Source: Eledone cirrhosa (Eukaryota). From it: a stretch of 64,000 nt of DNA. Below the pieces are notes generated by a model that searched no databases, had not been told where the DNA came from, and saw nothing but the letters and a program-made list of their open reading frames with translations. The DNA is taken from contig CAXHJY010001565.1 in the NCBI GenBank assembly GCA_964016885.1, positions 1 through 64,000 of the forward strand. The letters are read 5' to 3'. Of the stretch, positions 13,947-27,061 are shown piece by piece. Each line of letters starts with the position of its first letter. The stretch's first letter is position 1. The position numbers and the translations under genes were made by a program.

Positions 13947-14350
13947 TTAGGATATGCGACGGCTGGAGAGAAATGAGGCAAGCATGCTCCGTTGGATGTG
14001 CAGTGTAAATGTGCGTGAACGACCCAGCATAAATGTGTTGAGAGAGAAACTGTGTCTGAGAGGGATAGAATGTAGTGTACGGGAGAGGAGACTGAGGTGG
14101 TATGGACATGTGATGCGCATGGAGGATGACCGATGGGTGAAGAAGTGCCAGGAAATGCCAGTTGAAGGAAGACGTGGTAGAGGTAGACCACGAAAAACAT
14201 GGGCGGAGGTGGTGAGAACAGACCTCAGATCATTGAAGCTCACGGTGGAGATGACGAGGGACGGTGACGAGTGGAGAGATGCTGTGCTGAATAAGACCCG
14301 TCCCACCCTTGCAAGCAGGGAAAAGCGGACATAAAATGATGATGATGATG
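13947..14350 (+). mobile_element. RTE-clade LINE 3' end
   Basis: MLRWMC..RRLRWYGHVMRM..GRGRPRKTW..W; ends in (ATG)n. Confidence 0.9.
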
Positions 14351-14585
14351 GAACGGTGGGATACACTATGGTCACCCAGATATTAGACCAAGTAATACAG
14401 AATGGAGTCACACCAAATGACTGACGTAGCAGCATCATCATTAACTGTTACAAGGGTAAAGGAGATGCCCTAGATAAGGGAAACTATAGAGGCATTAAAT
14501 TAATTGACCAGGTCATGAAGGTCACAGAAAAAGTTATAGCACAACTAATCAGAGAGAGAATTGATCTAGATGAAATGCAGTTTCA
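14351..14585 (+). mobile_element. RTE RT N-terminal fragment
   Basis: IINCYKGKGDALDKGNYRGIKLIDQVMKVTEKVI..QF. Confidence 0.85.
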
Positions 14586-14707
14586 TATATATATATATAT
14601 ATATATATAAATATATATATATTATATATATATATATATATATAAATATATATATATATAAATATATATATATGTGAGAAAAACCGCAGACCCTCCATCT
14701 CAACTCA

Positions 14708-14745
14708 CCTTTTGAAAAGCAGAAGAACTGCGAAACCGGTAGAGG
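14708..14745 (+). ncRNA. Degenerate type I hammerhead
   Basis: CCTT-TTGAAAA-GCAG-AAGAA-CTGC-GAA-ACCGGT-A-GAGG; stems intact, two substitutions in the CUGANGA core. Confidence 0.6.
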
Positions 14746-14923
14746 AACTAAATAAATAAATATATATATTTTTTTAAAAAATAAGACTCCAGTTGCATTT
14801 TCAATTTCATCTCTTTTTCTTTATACTTTCACTCGTGTAGGACACCTCGGTTATATTTCATTTTGTAAAATAAACCTCCACACCCCCCACTGCAGGGGGG
14901 GGGGGGGGGCATATCATATATAT

Positions 14924-15120
14924 AAGTGGTAACACAGCAGTTAGTTCACCATACCGAGAACAATTGTTTCACCTTAGCGGAACCTCAGCTCGGGATCCGC
15001 TAAGGTGAAACAATTGTTCTCGGTATGGTGAACTAACTGCTGTGTAACCACTTCTACCTAACTCGTCCCATGGACTGAGTGCTCTACCACTACGGATATT
15101 ACCTACCAGTGTTCTACCTC

Positions 15121-15121
<1 letters not shown>
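14924..15121. mobile_element. Miniature hammerhead foldback (58-bp arms 14924-14981 and 14996-15053, plus ~68-nt tail)
   Basis: Minus strand 14954-14993 CCGAG-CTGAGGT-T-CC-GCTAA-GG-T-GAA-ACAATTGT-T-CTCGG; flanked by (TA)n. Confidence 0.75.
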
Positions 15122-15158
<37 letters not shown>

Positions 15159-15711
15159 TATATATTTTATATATATATATATAATATATAACTATATATA
15201 TATATTATATATATATTATATATAATATATAACTATATATATATATTATATATAATATATAACTATATATATATATTATATATAATATATAACTATATAT
15301 ATATATTATATATATATTATATATAATATATAACTATATATATATATTATATATATATTATATATAATATATAACTATATATATATATTATATATATATT
15401 ATATATAATATATAACTATATATATATATTATATATATATTATATATAATATATAACTATATATATATATTATATATATATTATATATAATATATAACTA
15501 TATATATATATTATATATATATTATATATATATTATATATAATATATAACTATATATATATTATATATAATATATAACTATATATATATTTTATATAATA
15601 TATTATATATATATATTTTATATATTATATATATATATTTTATATATTATATATATATATATATTTTATATATTATATATATATTATATATATATTTTAT
15701 ATATTATATAT

Positions 15712-16052
15712 CATCATCATTCATCATCATCATTTCATTTTACGTCCGCTTTTCCCTGCTTGCAAGGGTGGGACGGGAACTGATTCTGGCTTGATTTCTA
15801 CAGCTGGATGCCCTTCCTAACACCAACCTCATTTACAGTGAGTGCTGGGTGCTTTTATGCCATGGCACCTCCACGGCCACTTTGCAGTGGAATGATAGAG
15901 ACCCGAGTCCTTATCATCTCATTTCTACAGCTGAGTAAACTGGAGCAATGTGAAATAAAGTCTCTTGCTCAAGGAAACAACACATCACCCGGTCTGAGAA
16001 TTGAACTCACAACCTTTCGATTGCAAGGCCAATGCTCTAACCACTAAGCCAT
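15712..16052 (-). mobile_element. SINE family B
   Basis: Reverse complement of 12178-12520. Confidence 0.88.
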
Positions 16053-16307
16053 ATATTATATATATATTATATATATATATATATATATTACATATATATA
16101 TATTATAGTACTTGCCGACCTCTGCCGAAAATTATAGAGGCTGGAATTTTATAGAATTCCAGTAATAATCAAGAACTGATTATACAGAGCGATTGCTGGT
16201 CCAGCAAAAATTAAAAATTAGGATTGGTGCTCTAAAATAGCGGTCGGTCGGTCAGTCGGTCGGTCGGTGTATGTGTGTGTGTGTGTGTGCGTGTGCATGT
16301 GTGTGTA

Positions 16308-16640
16308 TATGGTTTAGTGGTTAGAGTATTGGCCTTGCAATCGAAAGGTTGTAAGTTCAATTCTCATACCAAGTGATGCGTTGTTTCCTTGAACAAGACA
16401 CTTTATTTCACATTGCTCCAGTTTACTCGGCTGTAGATATGAGATGATAGGACTGGGATCCCTATCATTCCACTGCAAAGTGGTCGTGGAGGTGCCACAG
16501 CAAAAAAGCACCCAGCACTCACTGTAAATGAGGTTGAGGTTGGTGTTAGAAAGGGCATCCAGCTGTAGAAATCAAGCTAGAATTAGTTCCCATTCCACCC
16601 TTGCAAGCAGGTAAAAGCGGACATAAAATGATGATGATGA
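16308..16640 (+). mobile_element. SINE family B
   Basis: Matches 12178-12520. Confidence 0.88.
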
Positions 16641-16694
16641 TACCGATATAACTGTCGAAACGGCTTGAGCTCTGCCGTTAGGGTTGAACATTTT

Positions 16695-16761
<67 letters not shown>

Positions 16762-16883
16762 TCATGTTCATTTTATTAAGGTTAAACAGTGATTCTTGTT
16801 ACTGTGGAGTTTCGCCAGTTCCTCACAGGTTCTTCAGACAACCTTGGCATCATTTTCAACATTCAGGGATCAATTTCACTCAC

Positions 16884-17068
16884 GTGGATTGGCAGTATCA
16901 GTAGAGGGTCGGACGCCATGCTTTCCAGCATAGTTACGTCCCTTTACGATCTGAGTTCAAATCCCGCCGAGGTTGACTTTGCCTTTCATCCTTACGGGGT
17001 CGATAAAATAAAGTACCAGTAATGCACTGGATAATTGCTGGCCTTGTGGCTAAAGTAGAAACAATTAT
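16884..17068 (+). mobile_element. SINE family A
   Basis: A-box, B-box GAGTTCAAATCC, body and tail. Confidence 0.88.
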
Positions 17069-17149
17069 CTCTTTTTTTCCTTTTCTTGTTTTTTTTTTTT
17101 ATTGTGATATTATCTAATCTTTGCTCCTCCTTTTTCTCTTTTTTCCTTC

Positions 17150-18765
17150 TTACCACCACCACCACACATCACAATCTAATACCTTCTCGCACCACCACCA
17201 CTACCATACTCCACCTTCTTACACCACCACCACACCACCATCACCACCACAACCACCACACCATCACTACCACCACCACACCATCACTACCACCACCACA
17301 ACCACCACACCACTACCTCACCATCACTACCACCACACCACCATCACCTCCACCACCACAACCACCACACCATCACTACCACCACCACCACACCATCACT
17401 ACCATCACTACGACCACCACAACCACCACTCCATCACCACCACTACCACCACCATCATAACACCATCACTACCACCACCACAACCACCACACCATCACTA
17501 CCACCACTACCACCACCACTACCACCACCACACCATCACTACCACCACCACACCATCACTACCACCACCACCACATCATCACTACCACAACCACTACACC
17601 ATCACTACCACCACCACAACCACCACTCCATCACCACCACTACCACCACCATCATAACACCATCACTACCACCACCACAACCACCACACCATCACTACCA
17701 CCACCACTACCACAACCACCACACCATCACTACCACCACCACAACCACCACACCATCACTACCACAACCACCACACCATCACTACCACCACCACACCATC
17801 ACTACCACCACCACATCATCACTACCACCACCACAACCACCACTCCATCACCACCACTACCACCACCATCATAACACCATCACTACCACCACCACAACCA
17901 CCACACCATCACTACCACCACCACTACCACAACCACCACACCATCATTACCACCACCACAACCACCACACCATCACTACCACAACCACCACACCATCACT
18001 ACCACCACCACAACATCACCACCACTACCACCACCATCACAACGCCATCACTACCACACCATCACTACCACCACCACAATCACCACACCATCACCACCAC
18101 CACCATTACCACCACCACACCATCACTACCACCACCATTACCACCACCACACCATCACTACCACCACCACACCACCACAACCACCACTCCATCACCACCA
18201 CAACATCACCACTACCACCACCACACCACCACCACACCATCACCACTACCACCACCACACCACCACCACACCATCACTACCACCACCGCAACCACCACTC
18301 CATCACAACATCACCACCACTACCACCACCACTATCACCACCACAACCACCACCACACCATCACTACCACCACCACACCACCACAACCACCACTCCATCA
18401 CCACCACAACATCACCACTACCACCACCACAACCACCACACCATCACCACCACCACCACACCATCACTACCACCACCACTACCACCACCACTATCACCAC
18501 CACAACCACCACCACACCATCACTACCACCACCACAACCACCACTCCATCACAACATCACCACCACTACCACCACCACTATCACCACCACAACCACCACA
18601 CCACCATCACTACCACCACCACAACATCACCACTACCACCACCACCACACCATCACCACCACCACCACAACATCACCACTACCACCACCACCACACCATC
18701 ACCACCACCACCATCACTACCACCACCACACCATCACTACCACCACCACAACCACCACCACCAAC
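17150..18765. repeat. (CAC)n-like degenerate microsatellite, intronic
   Basis: Direct reading. Confidence 0.9.
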
Positions 18766-18771
18766 CAAAAG

Positions 18772-18950
18772 CCGAGAAAACTGCCAAAGGTCACATCGTG
18801 TACCCCTCCGTGATGAAACTGGCACTAAGAAACTACATGCGGAACTTGTGTACTACTGCCAAATGTGTGGACAGTTTGGTCATCTACCTGAACAGTCCGG
18901 CCAAATCAGATGGAACCTCTCTTCTCTGGGACATTAATTCAAACGGAATG
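18772..18950 (+). CDS. Internal coding exon of host gene (caspase/legumain-fold-like uncharacterised protein)
   Basis: AG at 18770-71 (acceptor tentative), donor GTCAGT at 18951; [59 protein letters not shown]; joins the next exon in phase 0. Confidence 0.8.
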
Positions 18951-19019
18951 GTCAGTAGATTGTTTTTTTGGGGGGGTGTTTTTCTTAAAATTCTTTTCCC
19001 AGGTTTGCAGTCATGTTGG

Positions 19020-19056
<37 letters not shown>

Positions 19057-19298
19057 CTACACATCCACACATACTTACATCCACACATACACACACATCT
19101 ACACATACACACACATACTTACATGTACACATACACACACACCTTACCTGCCGCCATCTCCGCTCGGACTCTAATTTTCTTGCTTTTCCTCCCGCCGATC
19201 TCCCAGTCCACTCACCCCATACACACTACCCCACCCCCGCCATCCAAGACCCCCTCCCACTCCCTTCACTTTAATTTTTTTTAAATTCTGTTTTTTAA

Positions 19299-20373
19299 CC
19301 CTTTATCATTTACACTACTCTATATTTACATTACTTTATATATACACTACTCTATATTTACACTACTCTATATTTACACTATTCTATATTTACACTACTC
19401 TATAATTACATTACTCTATATTTACACTACTGTATATTTACATTACACTATATTTATACTACTCTATATTTACACTACTGTATATTTATACTACTCTATA
19501 TTTACACTACTGTATATTTACATTACTCTATATTTACATTACTCTATATTTACACTACTCTATATTTACACTACTCTATATTTACACTACTCTATATTTA
19601 CACTACTCTATATTTACACTACTCTATATTTACATTACTCTATATTTATACTACTCTATATTTACATTACTCTATATTTACACTACTGTTTATTTTTATA
19701 TTACTGTATATTTTTACATTACTCTATATTTACATTACTCTATATTTACATTACTCTATATTTACACTACTCTATATTTACACTACTCTATATTTACACT
19801 ACTCTATATTTATACTACTCTATAATTACACTAATCTATAATTACACCACTCTATATTTACATTACTTTATAATTACACCACTCTATATTTACATTACTT
19901 TATATTTACTACTTTATTTCCACGGTAAACATTTTACCTCATATAATTATCTCACACAATATCGAATCTATGAGATTTTGATAATACTTATTTTGAGAAC
20001 AATACCTCAATGTAAATATGGGCAGCTGGTTATCGTTAGTTTAAACAGAGAGAGGTGAGAATTCCGGCCGGATACGACCGGTTTAAATGCTATAGGGTTA
20101 GGGCAGAGTAGAAGGTCCAGTCATTACACTTCTGTTAAATGAGGGCTTTCTGCCTGGAGGAACTAAAAAAATCATAAGAAGAGATAGAAACAAACCTAGC
20201 AACAACAACATGTCTTGAGGTTACTATTTTAACAACACTGCCAATTACATCGGTTGCAGCTCTGAGACGGCCAAAACACTCTTTGTTCCTAGTGAGCTTT
20301 TCAACCGTTTCAGTCCTGCAACACAGAGAGGTGAGAATTCCAGCCGGATACGACCGGTTTAAATGCTATAGGG
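19299..20373. mobile_element. piggyBac-like MITE with an internal 16-bp minisatellite and duplicated right end
   Basis: TTAA|CCCTTTATCATTT ... AAATGCTATAGGG|TTAA (11/13 inverted match); right-end segment also at about 20045-20100. Confidence 0.55.
19308..19915. repeat. 16-bp minisatellite (ACACTACTCTATATTT), about 38 copies
   Basis: Period of 16 read directly. Confidence 0.92.
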
Positions 20374-20505
20374 TTAATATAATCTGTTTCTATTTATTTT
20401 GATGTTTATTTTTATTTCTATTTTTTCCTGTCCTTTCATGTTTTTCCTATTAACCCCCCCCCCCACACACACACCCCACACCCTCTCGAAGTTCTTCCCA
20501 ACTTC

Positions 20506-20533
20506 CTGATGAAGGACTTATGTCTGAAACGTC
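20506..20533 (+). ncRNA. Hammerhead core with eroded stem I (intronic, sense to the host gene)
   Basis: CTGATGA-A-GGAC-TTAT-GTCT-GAA-ACGT-C. Confidence 0.55.
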
Positions 20534-20757
20534 ATAACCCCCCCCCCCCACTCTCATCAAGCGTGAAGCTAATAACACTATATACTGTTGACTCCTGTGT
20601 TTGTTTATTTGTCCTTTTGAAATCTATATATTATATCATATTACCCTAAAAGTAGAACTGATCTACACCATCTATGTCTGTATATATGTCGTCTGCGTGT
20701 ATTATAGGCAGTCTACACCATCTATGTCTGTATATATGTCGTCTGCGTGTATTATAG

Positions 20758-21012
20758 GCAGAGGACAATGAGCGCTACAAATTGGGAGAACTGAAAAAGG
20801 ATTTAAAACACTGTTTGGCCGAAACAGTGTTTCTGATTGTTGACCAAAGCTATGCCGGACACATAGCTAACGCTTTCCAAGGTTCCGTAGACCACCCCAA
20901 TGTCCAAGTTCTGGCTAGCAGTCAGGCAGCCCAGTATTCATTTGGAAGAAATTTCTCAGAATTCATTGCATCCTACAACCACAGCCACACCTGTCTACCG
21001 CAGGTGCTTCAG
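20758..21012 (+). CDS. Penultimate coding exon of host gene
   Basis: TAG|GCA acceptor, CAG|GTGAGT donor; AEDNERYKLGELKKDLKHCLAETVFLIVDQSYAGHIANAFQG..HTCLPQVLQ; phase 0 at both ends. Confidence 0.88.
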
Positions 21013-21169
21013 GTGAGTTAAATAAGATTAATAATGCTTTCTGATTTAGGCACAAAGTCAGTTTTTGGAGCGAGGAGTCGATTAAATCAACCCCAGTCCA
21101 TTACTAATATTTTATTTTAACCCCGTAAAAATGAAAGGCAAAAAATAAATAATAAATAAAAATAAAAAT

Positions 21170-22150
21170 CTGTCTACTAGTAAAGATACTATAAACATTT
21201 GAACTAATAAACCACAGGAAACCATATTCGTAAGACATCTTTGAAAAGTACAAAACAACACTATGACTACATCACATTAAATACAGAAGTCTTTAATACA
21301 ATAAATTATACAACAATCTGTCCACCACTAAAGATACTATAAACATTTAGTACAAAACGACACTATGACTACATCACATTAAAGTCTTTACTGTAATACT
21401 GTAAATTTTCACAACAATCTGTCCACCAGTAAAGATACTATAAACATTTAGTACAAAACCACACTATGACTATATCACATTAAATATTAAAGTCTTTACT
21501 GTAATACTGTAAATTTTCACAACAGTCTGTCCACCAGTAAAGATACTATAAACATTTAGTACAAAACCACACTATGACTATATCACATTAAATATTAAAG
21601 TCTTTACTGTAATACTGTAAATTTTCACAACAGTCTGTCCACCAGTAAAGATACTATAAACATTTAGTACAAAACAACACTATGACTACATCACATTAAA
21701 TATTAAAGTCTTTACTGTAATACTGTAAATTTTCACAACAGTCTGTCCACCAGTAAAGATACTATAAACATTTAGTACAAAACAACACTATGACTACATC
21801 ACATTAAATATTAAAGTCTTTACTGTAATACTGTAAATTTTCACAACAGTCTGTCCACCAGTAAAGATACTATAAACATTTAGTACAAAACAACACTATG
21901 ACTACATCACATTAAATATTAAAGTCTTTACTTAAACATGCTAAATGTTCACAACAATCTGTCCACAAAGATACTATAAACATTTGAATTAGCAAACCAC
22001 TTGAAACCACATTAGCAAGTCAATCTTGAAAAGCACAAAACAACACTATGACGACATCACACTACACATAGATGTCTTTACTCTAATACTACACATTTTT
22101 CAAACAATCTGTCCACCAGTAAAGATACTATAAACATTTGAATTAACAAA
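21170..22150. repeat. 108-bp intronic tandem repeat, about 8-9 copies with diverged ends
   Basis: GTCCACCAGTAAAGATAC recurs at 21421, 21529, 21637, 21745, 21853. Confidence 0.9.
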
Positions 22151-22247
22151 CACATGTTTATAAATATTTTCTGCTAAATTATTACAGGATGCTAAGAGTT
22201 AAGCTTATACGTCTTTTTTTCTTTTCTTTACTTTTTGATGTCGCCAG

Positions 22248-22445
22248 GAAAGTAAAAAGGTTCTCAGAAAATCGAGCCCTGTATTCACAGCAGGAAAAGG
22301 GACACCACAACAGCGAATCCCTAAAAATATCTTCGGAGCGCCTTGCAACCTGACTTTACCATTTCGATCCTGGGAACTGGAATCATACCGTGGCTGCCGA
22401 AATGTCCCAACAGCCGTATGGCTGAAAATTTTACGACAAACATGA
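22248..22445 (+). CDS. Terminal coding exon of host gene
   Basis: Polypyrimidine tract then CAG|GAA; ESKKVLRKSSPVFTAGKGTPQQRIPKNIFGAPCNLTLPFRSWELESYRGCRNVPTAVWLKILRQT*; AATAAA at 22495. Confidence 0.85.
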   Translation, partial: ESKKVLRKSSPVFTAGKGTPQQRIPKNIFGAPCNLTLPFRSWELESYRGCRNVPTAVWLKILRQT

Positions 22446-22712
22446 AATAATTCTCGAAAATTGGTGAATAATTTCGAAAGAGATCAAAATGGAGAATAAA
22501 ATTGAAGAATTTTGTGAAATAAGAGAAGCTATATGATAGAGGTAGGAAGTAGTAGGGTGGGAGTGGTTGGTATGGTGGGTGATGTAGTATGGTAGAGGGG
22601 GATATAAATATTAACAAATAAAGAAAAAAAAATTAGCATGCGAATATGTATGTGGGTATGTATGTACATATGTATATATATATATGTATGTATATGTATG
22701 TATATATGTGTG

Positions 22713-22744
<32 letters not shown>

Positions 22745-24243
22745 TATAAGTATACATGTGTGTATATATATATATATACACACATATATATACTTAAATA
22801 TATATATATACTTATAAGTATATATATATACATATATATATATACATATATACATATACATATACACATATACATATATATATACATATATATATACATA
22901 TATATATACATATGTATATATATACATATATATATATATATACATACATATATATATACATATATATATATATATACATACATATATATATACATATATA
23001 TATACATACATATATATATACATACATATATACATACATACATATATATATACATACATATATATATATATATATACATACATATATATATACATATATA
23101 TATACATATATATATACATATGTATATATATACATATATATATATATATACATACATATATATATACATATATATATACATACATATATATATACATACA
23201 TATATACATACATACATATATACATACATATATATATATACATACATATATATATACATACATATATATATACATACATATATATATACATACATATATA
23301 TATACATACATATATATATACATATATACATACATACATATATACATACATACATATATACATACATACATATATATATACATATATATATACATATATA
23401 TATACATATATATATACATATATATATACATATATATATACATATATATATATACATATATACATATACATATATATATATTGAAACAAAATGAAAACGA
23501 AATTTCATTTCTCACTCTTAGTATGGCACTTACTTAAATGTAAGTATGCATGTATACGTACATACATATATGTATACAGACGTACAGTAGCATGCACATA
23601 TATATATATATATACATATATACATACAATGCATACAGGTACACATACATATATGCACGTATCAGTTTAGCGGCGCTAACGTCGCTTTGTTCGTTTGTAA
23701 ACAAACTGAACAGCCTGAATTTATGCCATACGGTGTTAAGGCAACCACGTCACCTTTTTGTTCAACACTGACACAGGAACGATGTACTAGTTTCAAGCTT
23801 GTTACGTATCATCAGCCACCGTTTACCCATCTGCCAGATAGTTGAACGTTCGAAAGTATATACTTTCCTATGAAAATTAACGGCTGAGCAGCCTAATTTG
23901 CATATTGAGTGAGTTAAATCGGTCAGGCATACCGAAAACGATAAATTGAAACAAAATGAAAACGAAATTTCATTTCTCACTCTTAGTATGGCACTTACTT
24001 AAATGTAAGTATGCATGTATACGTACATACATATATGTATACAGACGTACAGTAGCATGCACATATATATATATATATACATATATACATACATATGCAT
24101 ACAGGTACACATACATATATGCACGTATCAGTTTAGCGGCGCTAACGTCGCTTTGTTCGTTTGTAAACAAACTGAACAGCCTGAATTTATGCCATACGGT
24201 GTTAAGGCAACCACGTCACCTTTTTGTTCAACACTGACACAGG

Positions 24244-24288
24244 AACGATGTACTAGTTTCAAGCTTGTTAGCTATCATCAGCACCGTT
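24244..24288 (-). ncRNA. Type I hammerhead (also at about 23778 mutated, 24710, 25176, 25642, 26108, 26574)
   Basis: Reverse complement of 27062-27106. Confidence 0.9.
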
Positions 24289-27061
24289 TACCCATCTGCC
24301 AGATAGTTGAACGTTCGAAAGTATATACTTTCCTTATGAAAATTAACGGCTGAGCAGCCTAATTTGCATATTGAGTGAGTTAAATCGGTCAGGCATACCG
24401 AAAACGATAAATTGAAACAAAATGAAAACGAAATTTCATTTCTCACTCTTAGTATGGCACTTACTTAAATGTAAGTATGCATGTATACGTACATACATAT
24501 ATGTATACAGACGTACAGTAGCATGCACATATATATATATATATACATATATACATACATATGCATACAGGTACACATACATATATGCACGTATCAGTTT
24601 AGCGGCGCTAACGTCGCTTTGTTCGTTTGTAAACAAACTGAACAGCCTGAATTTATGCCATACGGTGTTAAGGCAACCACGTCACCTTTTTGGTCAACAC
24701 TGACACAGGAACGATGTACTAGTTTCAAGCTTGTTAGCTATCATCAGCACCGTTTACCCATCTGCCAGATAGTTGAACGTTCGAAAGTAAATACTTTCCT
24801 TATGAAAATTAACGGCTGAGCAGCCTAATTTGCATATTGAGTGAGTTAAATCGGTCAGGCATACCGAAAACGATAAATTGAAACAAAATGAAAACGAAAT
24901 TTCATTTCTCACTCTTAGTATGGCACTTACTTAAATGTAAGTATGCATGTATACGTACATACATATATGTATACAGACGTACAGTAGCATGCACATATAT
25001 ATATATATATACATATATACATACATATGCATACAGGTACACATACATATATGCACGTATCAGTTTAGCGGCGCTAACGTCGCTTTGTTCGTTTGTAAAC
25101 AAACTGAACAGCCTGAATTTATGCCATACGGTGTTAAGGCAACCACGTCACCTTTTTGTTCAACACTGACACAGGAACGATGTACTAGTTTCAAGCTTGT
25201 TAGCTATCATCAGCACCGTTTACCCATCTGCCAGATAGTTGAACGTTCGAAAGTATATACTTTCCTTATGAAAATTAACGGCTGAGCAGCCTAATTTGCA
25301 TATTGAGTGAGTTAAATCGGTCAGGCATACCGAAAACGATAAATTGAAACAAAATGAAAACGAAATTTCATTTCTCACTCTTAGTATGGCACTTACTTAA
25401 ATGTAAGTATGCATGTATACGTACATACATATATGTATACAGACGTACAGTAGCATGCACATATATATATATATATACATATATACATACATATGCATAC
25501 AGGTACACATACATATATGCACGTATCAGTTTAGCGGCGCTAACGTCGCTTTGTTCGTTTGTAAACAAACTGAACAGCCTGAATTTATGCCATACGGTGT
25601 TAAGGCAACCACGTCACCTTTTTGTTCAACACTGACACAGGAACGATGTACTAGTTTCAAGCTTGTTAGCTATCATCAGCACCGTTTACCCATCTGCCAG
25701 ATAGTTGAACGTTCGAAAGTATATACTTTCCTTATGAAAATTAACGGCTGAGCAGCCTAATTTGCATATTGAGTGAGTTAAATCGGTCAGGCATACCGAA
25801 AACGATAAATTGAAACAAAATGAAAACGAAATTTCATTTCTCACTCTTAGTATGGCACTTACTTAAATGTAAGTATGCATGTATACGTACATACATATAT
25901 GTATACAGACGTACAGTAGCATGCACATATATATATATATATACATATATACATACATATGCATACAGGTACACATACATATATGCACGTATCAGTTTAG
26001 CGGCGCTAACGTCGCTTTGTTCGTTTGTAAACAAACTGAACAGCCTGAATTTATGCCATACGGTGTTAAGGCAACCACGTCACCTTTTTGTTCAACACTG
26101 ACACAGGAACGATGTACTAGTTTCAAGCTTGTTAGCTATCATCAGCACCGTTTACCCATCTGCCAGATAGTTGAACGTTCGAAAGTATATACTTTCCTTA
26201 TGAAAATTAACGGCTGAGCAGCCTAATTTGCATATTGAGTGAGTTAAATCGGTCAGGCATACCGAAAACGATAAATTGAAACAAAATGAAAACGAAATTT
26301 CATTTCTCACTCTTAGTATGGCACTTACTTAAATGTAAGTATGCATGTATACGTACATACATATATGTATACAGACGTACAGTAGCATGCACATATATAT
26401 ATATATATACATATATACATACATATGCATACAGGTACACATACATATATGCACGTATCAGTTTAGCGGCGCTAACGTCGCTTTGTTCGTTTGTAAACAA
26501 ACTGAACAGCCTGAATTTATGCCATACGGTGTTAAGGCAACCACGTCACCTTTTTGTTCAACACTGACACAGGAACGATGTACTAGTTTCAAGCTTGTTA
26601 GCTATCATCAGCACCGTTTACCCATCTGCCAGATAGTTGAACGTTCGAAAGTATATACTTTCCTTATGAAAATTAACGGCTGAGCAGCCTAATTTGCATA
26701 TTGAGTGAGTTAAATCGGTCAGGCATACCGAAAACGATAAATTGAAACAAAATGAAAACGAAATTTCATTTCTCACTCTTAGTATGCATATGTATGTATA
26801 TATGTATATATATATATATATGTGCATGCTACTGTACGTCTGTATACATATATGTATGTACGTATACATGCATACTTACATTTAAGTAAGTGCCATACTA
26901 AGAGTGAGAAATGAAATTTCGTTTTCATTTTGTTTCAATTTATCGTTTTCGGTATGCCTGACCGATTTAACTCACTCAATATGCAAATTAGGCTGCTCAG
27001 CCGTTAATTTTCATAAGGAAAGTATATACTTTCGAACGTTCAACTATCTGGCAGATGGGTA

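Noticed and set aside
23956-24353. 93/112/66-aa ORFs repeated in each 466-bp unit
   Set aside because: They run through TA-rich tracts, show no recognisable domain and are disrupted in the first unit; the conserved feature is RNA structure
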